This document shows positions 16,753 to 26,820 of a DNA stretch of 64,000 nucleotides, one piece after another. Source of the stretch: a virus; IMG/VR virus record IMGVR_UViG_3300042197_000820, positions 32,001-96,000 of that record. One strand, given 5' to 3'. The position numbers and the translations under genes were made by a program. The notes beneath the pieces are model-generated. The model saw only the letters and a list, made by a program, of their open reading frames with translations, was not told where the DNA came from and made no database searches. Position 1 is the first letter of the stretch. Each line of letters opens with the position of its first letter.

Positions 16753-17298
16753 TTAATAAGTAAAGGATTGCCAGTAATAGGCATTACCATAAGTAAACGG
16801 TGAGCCGCCAACAGTACCTTTCTTCGAAGCTTGTGGGACTTCACCAAGATTGGTAGAGTCTTCATCTGTTGGGTCAGTAAACTTATCTGTCATCATTTCA
16901 TCGTATGCTTCTACAAACTCAAAGTAAGGCTTTTCATCCTCGATGAATCGATGAATGTTTAAAAGCAATAACTTGACAACATCAAACTTTTCTGATGGAT
17001 AGTATTTACATTCCATAGAATCGTATACGTTTCCACCTTGAATGGATTCAGGATTGACTATTCCTCTTTTAGCAAGATAGTGGAATAGTCTATTCTGGGC
17101 ACCATAGACATAATCATTCATTACGTCCTTGGCATAAGCAATAACCTTCTGAGTTTTTGGCTGAACGACAATATAGATGTCGGCGTGGTCGAATACCATT
17201 ACGTCATCATTTAGGCTTTTGGCAACCTTGAGATTGACGATTTCTTTTGGCTCGATCTTTTGTGGTGCGCCGGATCCTATCTTAATCGTTATTGCCAT
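16753..17298 (-). CDS. Hypothetical protein in the head module
   Basis: 181-aa ORF overlapping the upstream gene end. No motif recognised. Confidence 0.7.
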   Translation of the reverse strand: MAITIKIGSGAPQKIEPKEIVNLKVAKSLNDDVMVFDHADIYIVVQPKTQKVIAYAKDVMNDYVYGAQNRLFHYLAKRGIVNPESIQGGNVYDSMECKYYPSEKFDVVKLLLLNIHRFIEDEKPYFEFVEAYDEMMTDKFTDPTDEDSTNLGEVPQASKKGTVGGSPFTYGNAYYWQSFTY

Positions 17299-18106
17299 TC
17301 TCAGTGATCTCCTGTGCCAAAGCTTGCAACTTTAAGACTTTCTCTAGTACTTGCTCGTTGATTGGAGTTTTCCTAAACGACTCGATTAGCTGCATAACAG
17401 AGTTTAGTTTTTGAGTGATGTTTGGATCACCACCATTATAAGTAGTTATGGCTTCTTTTATTCTATGGATCTCATCGTTCAGACACATCTGAAACTGCAA
17501 ACCGCCGTCAGAGATTGACATAACATAACTTTCGATAAGCTTGCGTTGTGATTCATTTAGTGATTGATTGTACTTGGTATTGAAGTTTTGGACAACTGTG
17601 CGATAGACCAAGTTATCAATAGGTTGCATCTCTGACTTCTTTTGTTGAGTTGGACGCTCGACCAACGTACCGATCAGCTTTCTCTCAAGAAGAACTTTTT
17701 GTTTTACGTCTGTATCCCCACCAAAAATCTGTGAGATTGTGGCAAGTGTCTTGTAGTTTGGAACAAACGTATCGAATGCATCTTGACCAATAGTTTTGTT
17801 GATCCAGTTAATCACTTTTGTTTGCTCGTTGAACAGTTCCTTTTCATCAAGTTTCTGATAAGCATTATAACTTTCTTGGATTAGCCTTGATGCTGTAAAT
17901 GAATCTAAGCTATTTGTCTCGTACAGGTTCTTGTATAGAGCCAGTTCATTTGCTAATGGTTTTCCTGCTCTAAAGAAAGCCGAAAAGACTTCTTTGAGTT
18001 GGGTTATCATTGATTTGTTCTGTTGTAATGAAGCAATAGCAAGTTGCTTTACAAGTAACTCATAAAGAAAAGCGGTGTTTCTTTTCTTATTGTGGCGCAA
18101 TCTCAT
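17282..18106 (-). CDS. Putative prohead core protein
   Basis: 274 aa, ATGA overlap with the portal gene. HNKKRNT..LYELL start and many L/I-x-E sites. Confidence 0.6.
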   Translation of the reverse strand: MRLRHNKKRNTAFLYELLVKQLAIASLQQNKSMITQLKEVFSAFFRAGKPLANELALYKNLYETNSLDSFTASRLIQESYNAYQKLDEKELFNEQTKVINWINKTIGQDAFDTFVPNYKTLATISQIFGGDTDVKQKVLLERKLIGTLVERPTQQKKSEMQPIDNLVYRTVVQNFNTKYNQSLNESQRKLIESYVMSISDGGLQFQMCLNDEIHRIKEAITTYNGGDPNITQKLNSVMQLIESFRKTPINEQVLEKVLKLQALAQEITENGNND

Positions 18107-20130
18107 TTCTTTTTCTCCAATGATTCTAATAGACGATTGACTTCTTTTTGGGTTCGGAAGACTTCAGCTTCTTCTTCTAAATAAGTAGTTGTTGAGCCTT
18201 CATAGATTTTAGCAGAAGCTAAACCAGATAGTTCTTTTCTACCGGGATTCATAGTTCTTGCTGTGATCCCTAAAGCTGCTTCTGGGAATGCTACGGATGT
18301 GCGGTTTTTCTGTCTTGCAACAGAACCCTTATTTCTACCACCCGGTTTCTGACCGTAGTAGTAGGATTTTCCGCTTGGCCCACGACGGAGGTATTCTTTA
18401 CGCCCGTGGAGGCCGACTCTATAGGCCCCTTCTTCGTCTTCCTGTAATGGGGCTTCCCCACCGGGGGCACCACCGGGAGCAGCGAGAAGAGGTTCTTCGG
18501 CACCAGCTTCTTCAGGTGCGGGTGCTTCTGCGGCGGCTTCAGGAGCGGCCTCGGCACCAGCCTCGGCACCAGCTTCCGCTCCCAAATCTCCAAGGCCACC
18601 ACCAGCTTCTCCACCAAGCTCGCCTCCAAGACCAGCACCTAGACCACCGCCGCCACCGAGACCAGCAGCCTCTTCTTGCATCTTCTCAGCGACAGCGTTG
18701 ATCTGTGCGTCGAACTTGCGATCATAGAAGATCTCGCGTTGATTGCGAAGGAACTCTTCTTCTGACATGTTGAACAGCTTCTCAGCAATCCAACGGCGTG
18801 AGAAGTAGCCTTCGGTTGCTTTGCTAGCAACGTCAAACTTGCTTGACCAGTGTTCTAGTTCTTGCATTTCTGCAATCTTGGATGGATTATTTAGGCTAAG
18901 AGAGAAGTTGAGTAGATCATCCCCTCTGTAGCCAATAGTATAAAGATGGATAATACCAATCTTTTCTAGTTCTGATACGACAATCCTTTGTAGTCTTTGG
19001 ATTGTTCTAGCAAAGCGAATGTCTTTTTGAGCTAGCGTAGTCTTATCTTCTTCTGCACCTTCTGCTCTTGAGATGTAAGAAGCTGGAATCTTGAGGGCAG
19101 AGAACAACTTGTCGCGAAGATACTTAACGTCATCAATGTCACCAGTGAAAGTACCACCAGCCAAAGAAGTGATTTCTGTTGCTGAGCCACCACGAACAGG
19201 AATATAGTAATCCTCTTCTACCGAAAGTGGATTGTAACGAAGATCGACGCGGCCTGTGGTATCGTCCAAGATAGTGTTACGCTTCATTGAAGTAATAACC
19301 TTTTGAACATATTGTTCTACTTCGTTTGGAGGAATACCACCAACGTCAATCTTGAATACACGACGTTCTGGGGCACGAACAATACGGTAAGCCATCATAG
19401 CATCTTCTAGAAGTGTTAGCTGACGCCAAATACGACGAGCAGCTTCTAGGACTGATGTACCATAAGGAGCGTACTTGTCATTTCCAAGAATGCGGAAGTG
19501 AGCGACCTGCCAGTTTTCGAATGTCATACCAGCAGAGTTCCATTGGAACTGAACGTAGTTTGGGTTTGTTTTGTCTTCACCTTCTAATCTTTCTACTTCT
19601 TGTGGAGGCAGACCGATTGCGCTTGTGATACCTTGGTGATCATCGATATCGAGGTATAGAAAGAAATCGCCATACTTGCACATTGTACGGCACCAACCAA
19701 AAAGATTGAAGTTGGCATTTAGCACATTATGGTAGAGAGATTGTAAAACCCCTTTGATTTCTTCGTTGCGGCACTTGATGTTCAACATTGGTTGCAGAGC
19801 AGAGTGTGTTGTCATTTCGTCTGCATAGATGTCAAGTGCAGATGCAATCTCAGGTGTGTATTCCATTTGATCAAAGTCAACATAACGCTCTGAGCGATTA
19901 TGGTTGATCATGATAGCATTCTGCATATTTGAGAATGCGTATAGTTGTGAACGCTTGAACTGCTGTCCCGAAGCTGATCGGAACTGCGATGCGTACTTGT
20001 CCATCAAGGAACGACGCAATCTTCTAGTCGATTGTGTACGATAGTTTACGAGAGGACCAGAGAATAATCTTGTTAATCTCTGGAATAGTTCTGATCCCGG
20101 ATCTCTTGGGTTTTTGTCTTGCTTTGCCAT
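18103..20130 (-). CDS. Portal protein (T4 gp20-like) with low-complexity C-terminal extension
   Basis: PEIASALDIYADE, CKYGDFF, PYGTSVLE.ARRIWRQL.LLEDAMM.YRIVRAPERRVF.IDVG, EDYYIPVRG, ALKIP..Y, DIRFARTIQRLQ. Confidence 0.95.
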   Translation of the reverse strand: MAKQDKNPRDPGSELFQRLTRLFSGPLVNYRTQSTRRLRRSLMDKYASQFRSASGQQFKRSQLYAFSNMQNAIMINHNRSERYVDFDQMEYTPEIASALDIYADEMTTHSALQPMLNIKCRNEEIKGVLQSLYHNVLNANFNLFGWCRTMCKYGDFFLYLDIDDHQGITSAIGLPPQEVERLEGEDKTNPNYVQFQWNSAGMTFENWQVAHFRILGNDKYAPYGTSVLEAARRIWRQLTLLEDAMMAYRIVRAPERRVFKIDVGGIPPNEVEQYVQKVITSMKRNTILDDTTGRVDLRYNPLSVEEDYYIPVRGGSATEITSLAGGTFTGDIDDVKYLRDKLFSALKIPASYISRAEGAEEDKTTLAQKDIRFARTIQRLQRIVVSELEKIGIIHLYTIGYRGDDLLNFSLSLNNPSKIAEMQELEHWSSKFDVASKATEGYFSRRWIAEKLFNMSEEEFLRNQREIFYDRKFDAQINAVAEKMQEEAAGLGGGGGLGAGLGGELGGEAGGGLGDLGAEAGAEAGAEAAPEAAAEAPAPEEAGAEEPLLAAPGGAPGGEAPLQEDEEGAYRVGLHGRKEYLRRGPSGKSYYYGQKPGGRNKGSVARQKNRTSVAFPEAALGITARTMNPGRKELSGLASAKIYEGSTTTYLEEEAEVFRTQKEVNRLLESLEKKK

Positions 20131-20133
20131 TTT

Positions 20134-21720
20134 CTATCCCTTTAGTAACCAACTGAAGTTTCTTTGTTCCAACGCTCTGTCCCAAGTACTTTGTTTGAAT
20201 CCATTTATGTTATGTCCCCTCATACCGGGGATGGAAGTAACAAAGACGCTATTTGCGGAATACATAGAATCTACGATTGCTTTTTTATACTCTATTTCTC
20301 TTTGATTTACTGTTAGTGCTGTATCCTTGACCCAGCAGCTAATCGCTAATGACATAACTAGATCGTCGTGGTATGATCTCATCGCTTGGGCACGATTATC
20401 ATTCCAGATGAATGTTTTGAACTCAGCAGCCAATCTAGAGGAATACGTCTTGATAGATTTGTTTCTAATGAACTCTTCTAGCTTGGCTACAATCAAAGGT
20501 CTTGTCTTAGACGAGGTAGTAAATCCTGCTATTACTCTATCGGAATCAAACGTTTCGCTGGAGTCAACGAAATCATGTGTTCCTTTAGCAGAGTAGTATA
20601 TGTTAGGATAACCCATTTCCTTTAGCTTTTCAAGTACAGAAATGCCTAAAGAGTTATTTTCTACAACTAATAAACAGTTGCCGAACTCTCTACCCGTATT
20701 ATATAGGAGATAAGCAAAATCTCCAAGAGTTGGCTTTCCTTGGTACTCACCAATAACTTCCATAGTTTCTAGTTTTGTTAAGTGGAATACTGAGTTGTCG
20801 GCACCGTCACCGCGAGCAACGTCTGCCACCAGTAGATAAGTGGCAGTAGAATCGTACTGTTCCCACATCCATAGGTTTCTGTCAAAGCCTGTACGGTATA
20901 CTGGCTCACGGATTTCAGAATCAATCCTAGCTAGTTGTTCAGATGGAATGACAGTTTCGCCCGAAGAGTTGAATGAACATTCTAACTCCTGAGCAATCTG
21001 TCTAGCAGACATGTTTCTTGTTTCTTTTTCGAACCAAGCTTGATCTCTGTCTGGATGTACATTCCAAGGTAGATTGATTGGATGGAAATCATTCTTTCCT
21101 ATCTCGGCTTCGGAATAGGTCTTATGAAACCAGTTGCCAACACCATTGGGGCTTGACAAGGCAATGCAACGACCACCAGTTGACAATGTAGGGTATAGAC
21201 CGGTCCATAGTTCGTCTAGACCTTCAACGAATGCAGCCTCGTCAATAACAAGCAATGACAAAGCTTCTGAACGACCGGCATCACCAGACGTAGAAGAAGC
21301 CTTTACTTGAGAACCATTCGTGAGTTCGAACGAGCTTCTGTTATCAGCTTTGATGTCAGAAATCCTCAACCACTTGGGAAGATTCTGCATGATGTTCTTT
21401 ACTTTCTTGACCAAGTTAGCAGCAACAGTAAACTTGGTAGCAACTACTAGAACGTTTTTATCTCTATGAAACAATAAAAGCCAAGCAATGTAGGCTGCGG
21501 TAACCGTCGAGAAACCTAACTGTCTGGCTTTTAGTACAATGTTGAATCGATAATCAGTGAAGTCTTGAATAGCTTCTTTCTGAAAATCGTAGAGGCTGAA
21601 TGGGATAAGACCTTTTTGGGGGTGTGAAATCTTACAATAGCTGTTTATGAAATAGACCGCATCTTTACCGGATTTGACTATTTCTTTTAGTGTTTCCTGC
21701 TTTGTAAGGACTTGGCTCAT
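20134..21720 (-). CDS. Terminase large subunit (T4 gp17-like)
   Basis: F.LYDFQ Q-motif, KARQLGFST Walker A, LLVIDEAAF Walker B, SSPNG motif III, nuclease ADVARGDG.D and HDDLVMS. Confidence 0.95.
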   Translation of the reverse strand: MSQVLTKQETLKEIVKSGKDAVYFINSYCKISHPQKGLIPFSLYDFQKEAIQDFTDYRFNIVLKARQLGFSTVTAAYIAWLLLFHRDKNVLVVATKFTVAANLVKKVKNIMQNLPKWLRISDIKADNRSSFELTNGSQVKASSTSGDAGRSEALSLLVIDEAAFVEGLDELWTGLYPTLSTGGRCIALSSPNGVGNWFHKTYSEAEIGKNDFHPINLPWNVHPDRDQAWFEKETRNMSARQIAQELECSFNSSGETVIPSEQLARIDSEIREPVYRTGFDRNLWMWEQYDSTATYLLVADVARGDGADNSVFHLTKLETMEVIGEYQGKPTLGDFAYLLYNTGREFGNCLLVVENNSLGISVLEKLKEMGYPNIYYSAKGTHDFVDSSETFDSDRVIAGFTTSSKTRPLIVAKLEEFIRNKSIKTYSSRLAAEFKTFIWNDNRAQAMRSYHDDLVMSLAISCWVKDTALTVNQREIEYKKAIVDSMYSANSVFVTSIPGMRGHNINGFKQSTWDRALEQRNFSWLLKG

Positions 21721-22259
21721 GAGTCTCGTCTTGTATCATTCTTCGGACGAGTCCCTAAGCCTCCTTGTTCTAAGAAGGAGCGGAACTTTGCATCGACTGA
21801 ATCTTTGCTCTCGCCCTTTACTGGATCGGTGCCTTGTGCCCCACCAATCTTGTAGGCTCTGTGTGCTGTAACCCAGTAGCGAATACTAGAAGTGTTTTCT
21901 GCACGGACTTTTACTTCGTCGAGTGGTGTCAGAGTTAGAGAACCCTTAGCCTTTGAGTATCCGCTGTATTCTTTCTTGATGAAGTTGGCAATGTCTTGGA
22001 TTCGTTGTTCAATCTCTGATTCTAGACTACCACTATAAATCTCTTTTAGTAAGATCTCAGAGTGGTATTTGATGATCAGTTGATCACCGTGAAACTGTAC
22101 GCCGAAACCATCCATAACTCTTTTATCGAGTAAGGGGTTACCTTCTTCGCGTCTGAGACCTATCTTGACTGGTTCGCCTTTCTTATTTCTGGCACCATCA
22201 TAGCCTTGCTCAGCGACGATTTGCGAGATTGTTTGTACTACTTCAAGTATTGTTGCCAT
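21717..22259 (-). CDS. Hypothetical protein immediately upstream of terminase
   Basis: 180-aa ORF with ATGA overlap to terL. Function not recognised. Confidence 0.7.
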   Translation of the reverse strand: MATILEVVQTISQIVAEQGYDGARNKKGEPVKIGLRREEGNPLLDKRVMDGFGVQFHGDQLIIKYHSEILLKEIYSGSLESEIEQRIQDIANFIKKEYSGYSKAKGSLTLTPLDEVKVRAENTSSIRYWVTAHRAYKIGGAQGTDPVKGESKDSVDAKFRSFLEQGGLGTRPKNDTRRDS

Positions 22260-22650
22260 TTTTATTGGGCCTCCACCCAGATTTCCATCTTTCTTCTCTA
22301 TCTTCTACCCACTGTACATAGCAAGTGTAACAACAATCGTACTTCTTAATACAGAAATCGTCTTTGGCATCATTTTCTGCTTTGTTACAGATTGGGCAAG
22401 GGATAAAAGAACTTTCTCTAGTAAGTAGTTTTTCGGTTATAAAAAACCCGTCAGCAAAGACTTTTCGCTCTTTGTCCCAAGTATACTGGTCTTTCTCTTT
22501 GAGAAGCTTTAACTGTTCTAGGTAGATCTCTTCCTTTTCATCGTTCCAATAGGCTCGTAAGTTATCTACAGCTTCTTGTCCATACTTCTTGCCTATCATC
22601 TGCTCATATCGAGCTATTTCATTCCAATCTAACTTTGGTTGATTACTCAT
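22243..22650 (-). CDS. Small Cys-rich (zinc-finger-like) protein
   Basis: CPIC...C....CCYTC...WVEDREERW.SGWRP. ATGA overlap with the upstream gene. Confidence 0.7.
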   Translation of the reverse strand: MSNQPKLDWNEIARYEQMIGKKYGQEAVDNLRAYWNDEKEEIYLEQLKLLKEKDQYTWDKERKVFADGFFITEKLLTRESSFIPCPICNKAENDAKDDFCIKKYDCCYTCYVQWVEDREERWKSGWRPNKNGNNT

Positions 22651-23102
22651 TGTTGTTTATTCACAGCCATATTAATACCGATAGCTGTACCACCACCAAC
22701 GATGATACCTCCCAAAACACCAGCTACAATCAAGGCTGGAATATCAGTGCGTTCTATCTTGGATAGCTTCTTATTTAGGACATCAATCTGTTCTTGCTTG
22801 GAGGATAGCTGTACAAGCAGCTTATCTCGTTCTGCATCAGCAGAGATTTTATCGAGTTCTACTCTCTTGTCGCATTCTGTTTTTAGTAAAGCAGTCTGAC
22901 GTTCAAGATCTAAACTGTATTGTTGTTCTCTTAGTTCCTTATCGGAGATAAGGATAGCAGTCGCTAAGTCATCAAAGCATGTTGCTTGAAATGGAACTCT
23001 TCCATCTTTTGGTACGAGGACAAACTTCCCCTTTTGTTCTTCGCCATGTGCATTGGCGGATAGTAGTAATAGTATTAAGACAAAGACAATCTTATTCCAC
23101 AT
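22647..23102 (-). CDS. Exported coiled-coil protein with signal peptide and C-terminal hydrophobic anchor (spanin-like partner)
   Basis: MWNKIVFVLILLLLSANAHG signal-like N-terminus, central coiled coil, C-terminal IPALIVAGVLGGIIVGGGTAIGI. Confidence 0.55.
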   Translation of the reverse strand: MWNKIVFVLILLLLSANAHGEEQKGKFVLVPKDGRVPFQATCFDDLATAILISDKELREQQYSLDLERQTALLKTECDKRVELDKISADAERDKLLVQLSSKQEQIDVLNKKLSKIERTDIPALIVAGVLGGIIVGGGTAIGINMAVNKQQ

Positions 23103-23529
23103 GTTCGAATCCAAATATATTTGTTATTATAGAAGCCACTTCTTCTGGCTTGTCGGTTCTTTTCTTGACTATCTCCTTTACTCTCTTATCCTTCTTTTTA
23201 GAAAGATCCTTGAGTTTCTTCTGATAGTCTTTTTCGATCTTTGTTATTTGAGCTTGATACTTGACAATAGCTTCTTCTCGCTTCTTGATTTCTTCTTTAT
23301 GAACTTCTTGAAGCTTATTAATCTCTTCACCCTGTATCTTGATTAGCTCTTGATACATTTCATTATTATAACTTCTTTGATTCTTAATGGCAATAGAAAA
23401 TCCTATAATCAATCCGATTATAAGAAGTTCACGCCAATATCTGATTATCAAGTCTAGAAAGTACTTGAAATCAAACTTCTTCAGAAGTTGAACGACCGCC
23501 GCGTAGCTTGACGATAGAATCGATAACAC
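23092..23529 (-). CDS. Inner-membrane spanin-like (Rz-like) protein; start uncertain
   Basis: One TM helix (LLIIGLIIGFSIAI) followed by a long charged coiled coil. Directly after the holin-like gene. Confidence 0.55.
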   Translation of the reverse strand: MLSILSSSYAAVVQLLKKFDFKYFLDLIIRYWRELLIIGLIIGFSIAIKNQRSYNNEMYQELIKIQGEEINKLQEVHKEEIKKREEAIVKYQAQITKIEKDYQKKLKDLSKKKDKRVKEIVKKRTDKPEEVASIITNIFGFEHVE

Positions 23530-23680
23530 TTTGTGTCCCTATGTAAAGGCCGCTGATTAGAACCCAATCAGAGCTAGAAAGAAAGCCGATACCGGCTAAG
23601 ACGGTTGCGGTGGTCCAAACCAATAGCTTTCTAGATACTAGCTTGTTCAGACCCCAATCAATAAATGCTTTTTGTACCAT
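23471..23680 (-). CDS. Holin-like small membrane protein
   Basis: 69 aa from ATG 23680 (GAGGTG SD). SRKLLVW followed by two hydrophobic helices and a charged tail. Confidence 0.55.
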   Translation of the reverse strand: MVQKAFIDWGLNKLVSRKLLVWTTATVLAGIGFLSSSDWVLISGLYIGTQSVIDSIVKLRGGRSTSEEV

Positions 23681-23696
23681 ATTCACACCTCTAATA

Positions 23697-23704
23697 TAAA
23701 TAGT
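23697..23704 (-). promoter_or_regulatory. ACTATTTA putative late promoter motif
   Basis: Abuts the stop of the Mre11-Rad50 gene, 16 nt before the holin-like ATG. Confidence 0.6.
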
Positions 23705-26700
23705 CATTGATTTACGAAAGCAAAACCGTCTTTATTGCCGATTTCTATAGTCATATCGACCACATCTTTCAAACTGTCCAAGTGGGAGATAACTAGAATA
23801 GTTTTGAACTGAGTCTTCAGAAGATCTAATAGTTGTGTGAATGTTTGCAAGTGGTTCTCGTCCAATGCGGTACCCGGCTCATCGAGAATCATGATGTCCG
23901 ACTTTGGAAGATTAGAAACTTGCAGTAGAGCCAATCGGATAGCCATAGCAGCCATAGTCTTTTCGGCACCGGAAGCCATAGAGAGAGGACGAGGATCTTG
24001 ATCAATGTGCTTGATCATGATATCTAGCTTATCACCCTCTTCTTCGAAGAACACGTTAAACTCAGTCAAGTTAGAAAGAATCTTGGTTATTTCTTCGTTG
24101 ATGATTGGAAGCTGCTTCTTGATAATGTCATATGCGATACCATTCGAATGCATACACCGCATGAATAGTTCATAAGCACTAAACTCTGTCCTAAGTGCGT
24201 GAAGTTCATCTTTCTGGTTTGTGAGCATTTCTAGCTTTTGTTCAGCGGATCCAATCTTGCGGTGAATAAGAGTCAAACGATCAGTACAATCATTTAGAGA
24301 CTTCTTAGCATCTTTATGAGCAATCTTAAGTCGGTTGAGAGTAACCAATAATCCTTGAGCATTCTTGATTTGCTCCTTTGTTTGTTCATAAAGAAGTTCT
24401 TTCTCTCGCAACGACTCTAGATCAGCGTTGACCTTTCGTAACTCAAACTGACCGCGTTCAACATGGAAATCTAGATTCTTGATCTCACCAAGAAGCTGTT
24501 CTTTCTTGGCCACAATCGAAGTGTACTTTTCCAAATCGGCTTGGATAGAATCTGGCTTTGCCTCTGCGATCTTTTCTTGTAGAGAGGTAGCTTGTTCTGA
24601 CTTCATTTGTATAGATTCAGATGCTTCAGTCGCATCACGAATAAACTTACACTTTGGGAACTGCGTACCGCAGGGAATCCCATCTAATAGAGAAGTCTTA
24701 CTAGAAGCTAGCTTGATTTCCCTTTCGATTGTAGTTAGTTGTTCTTGAAGAACTTTGACGTTTTCTCTGCGAACAATCAGTCCTTGGTAATCATAAGACT
24801 CTAAGAATGTATGAATCTTTTCCAATAGTGCAAGATTATCAGCGATCTTAGTCTGATTCTCCATAATCTGTCCGTCTGTTGTGAGGGCTAGTAGCGAATA
24901 CTTAGAAATAAGGTTGCGTAGCTCAGCACCGTCGATGACTTCAGTGGAAGAAGCCTTGATTTGCTCTTCAACCGCCTTTATCTCAGTTTCTATCTCCAGA
25001 ACTCTTTGTTCCAACAACTTGCATTTCTCAAGCATAACTGTTAGCTCAGCTTCGCTATCAGAAAGTTCGGAATGCGCTACTGCAATCTCAGAGTCGAAGT
25101 TTCTCCCCTCTAGACGACGTAAGGCACCCTTAAGATCAGAGCTATCGTCTTTTGCTAACCTAAACTTCTTTTCGAAGATTTCTAGATCCAAGAACTTTGC
25201 AATGATTTCCTTTCTCTTGGTGCTTCCTTCCCTCACAAATGCTAGACCATCTAGCTGGCTAGACATAGAAGTGTTTAGGAAGTCATCGATTGTTCCGAAA
25301 ACACGACGAATATTATGGTCTGTTTCGACACGCGAAACTCCATTCATAGATTCCTTGGTATCAGAAATAGTGCATTCCTTTACGAAGTCAAGTTCTACTT
25401 TAGCTTCCTCAACAACTTCAGTTTTTGTCTTCTTCTTGTACTTTGTAAGGCTTCTTTCAATCGAGAAGATATCAGTATTGACTGCAATCTTGACCAAGCA
25501 GGAAGCTGAAAGCTTCTGCTGGTTAATCACATTAATGTTCTTCCTTTCGTTTTTGGAAGTTGTGTTGAAGATAGTGAATAGCAAGGAATCGATAATGCTT
25601 GACTTACCTGAGAAGTTCTTGCCGAAAATACCGACAATACCAGACAGACTTTCAAAATCAATCCGATTCTTCTCACCATAGTTGAACAGATTATCCCATT
25701 CAAGAGACTTGATTTGCCAGTTGATGTTACGACCAACTTCTTCTGTCTCTTCGACAATAGCTGAATACTTCTTGTTCAGTTCTAGAACCTTTTGGATAAC
25801 TTCTTCGGTACACTCGTAATCCTTTAGATATTCACGAATGAACTTTTCTAAGATTGCAGGATCACGAAGATTCTCTTTAGGAACATTTGTGATAGCTGTG
25901 GAACCCAATCCTCGCTTGTTATCCGCACGGGACAGAAAGGTAACAGATTCTGGACTAAACTTATGCTTTGCTAACTCCACAGCACGACTCATCTGCTGCA
26001 CCGTGAGATTGTAGTCAGAAGCTAATCTTACTCTAGCTCCGTTCGGAACGTTTGTATTCTTTGGTAGTTGACCGGTAGAAGTAAGATTGATTGTGACAAA
26101 CGGCTTTGGATTTGCAACTTGGATGTGGCTGCAATCAAAATCGTCTTTGCCACGAATATCCCAAAGCAAATAGCCCTTATCGTTTGTCTCGCCAAAGTTC
26201 TGCTGAATAGTGGAACCGGGGTAGCGCACGCGGCCCGCTGTATCCACTATTTGATTGGTCTTGTGAATATCACCAAGAAAAGCGAAATCGTGATCACTAA
26301 AAATATCGATACCATGATCTCCTCCTTGCATCGTCCAACCAATGTCGGTCTGGACTCCACCGATAGCACCGTGATAGAGGGCAATGTTGATCTTCGATGG
26401 ATCACTTGGTTTTACCCACTTATCTTCATCAAATACCGAAAGAACATTCAGCGTAACTAGTTCATTCAGTTGTACTTCGCCCGAGTTCTTCAGAAGATGA
26501 AGATTAGAATGCCCCAATGCCTGGGCGATGGGAGTAATCGCATCTTGACGGTTTGAGTTTTTTAGATTACCATCGTGGTTTCCGAGGATTACATACGTTG
26601 GTGCAATGTCGGCTAGATTAGAAAGGAAATCACTAGCCAACTCAAAAAACTCTGGTGATAACTGCGTCTTAGTATGCGCGATATCACCACAATGTACAAT

Positions 26701-26820
26701 GTAATCTACTTTCTGTTCTTTTAGTTTCGAGTACAGATCTTGGAATGCTGCCTTATACTCAAAATGATACTTATAGTTTCGGATGTGGGTATCCGAAATG
26801 TGGGCAATACGAACGCTCAC
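23704..26820 (-). CDS. Fused Mre11/SbcD nuclease - Rad50/SbcC ATPase (T4 gp47+gp46 equivalent)
   Basis: Phosphoesterase motifs HISDTH, GDIAH, GNHD, HG, GDIH. Then Walker A GKNFSGKSS, long coiled coil, signature SGAEK, Walker B ILDEP and ISH loop. GTG start with GGAG SD. Confidence 0.92.
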   Translation of the reverse strand: MSVRIAHISDTHIRNYKYHFEYKAAFQDLYSKLKEQKVDYIVHCGDIAHTKTQLSPEFFELASDFLSNLADIAPTYVILGNHDGNLKNSNRQDAITPIAQALGHSNLHLLKNSGEVQLNELVTLNVLSVFDEDKWVKPSDPSKINIALYHGAIGGVQTDIGWTMQGGDHGIDIFSDHDFAFLGDIHKTNQIVDTAGRVRYPGSTIQQNFGETNDKGYLLWDIRGKDDFDCSHIQVANPKPFVTINLTSTGQLPKNTNVPNGARVRLASDYNLTVQQMSRAVELAKHKFSPESVTFLSRADNKRGLGSTAITNVPKENLRDPAILEKFIREYLKDYECTEEVIQKVLELNKKYSAIVEETEEVGRNINWQIKSLEWDNLFNYGEKNRIDFESLSGIVGIFGKNFSGKSSIIDSLLFTIFNTTSKNERKNINVINQQKLSASCLVKIAVNTDIFSIERSLTKYKKKTKTEVVEEAKVELDFVKECTISDTKESMNGVSRVETDHNIRRVFGTIDDFLNTSMSSQLDGLAFVREGSTKRKEIIAKFLDLEIFEKKFRLAKDDSSDLKGALRRLEGRNFDSEIAVAHSELSDSEAELTVMLEKCKLLEQRVLEIETEIKAVEEQIKASSTEVIDGAELRNLISKYSLLALTTDGQIMENQTKIADNLALLEKIHTFLESYDYQGLIVRRENVKVLQEQLTTIEREIKLASSKTSLLDGIPCGTQFPKCKFIRDATEASESIQMKSEQATSLQEKIAEAKPDSIQADLEKYTSIVAKKEQLLGEIKNLDFHVERGQFELRKVNADLESLREKELLYEQTKEQIKNAQGLLVTLNRLKIAHKDAKKSLNDCTDRLTLIHRKIGSAEQKLEMLTNQKDELHALRTEFSAYELFMRCMHSNGIAYDIIKKQLPIINEEITKILSNLTEFNVFFEEEGDKLDIMIKHIDQDPRPLSMASGAEKTMAAMAIRLALLQVSNLPKSDIMILDEPGTALDENHLQTFTQLLDLLKTQFKTILVISHLDSLKDVVDMTIEIGNKDGFAFVNQ

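Noticed and set aside
16743-16865. N-terminal 41 aa of ORF 16410..16865
   Set aside because: Overlaps the upstream gene; ATG 16742 just after the upstream stop is a better start.
21717-22259. Small terminase assignment for the gene upstream of terL
   Set aside because: Only position supports it; no recognisable TerS features, so it is left as hypothetical.
24881-25681. 266-aa plus-strand ORF and the other short plus-strand ORFs in the track
   Set aside because: They lie antisense to well-supported minus-strand genes and have the S/L/F-rich composition expected from codon mirroring.
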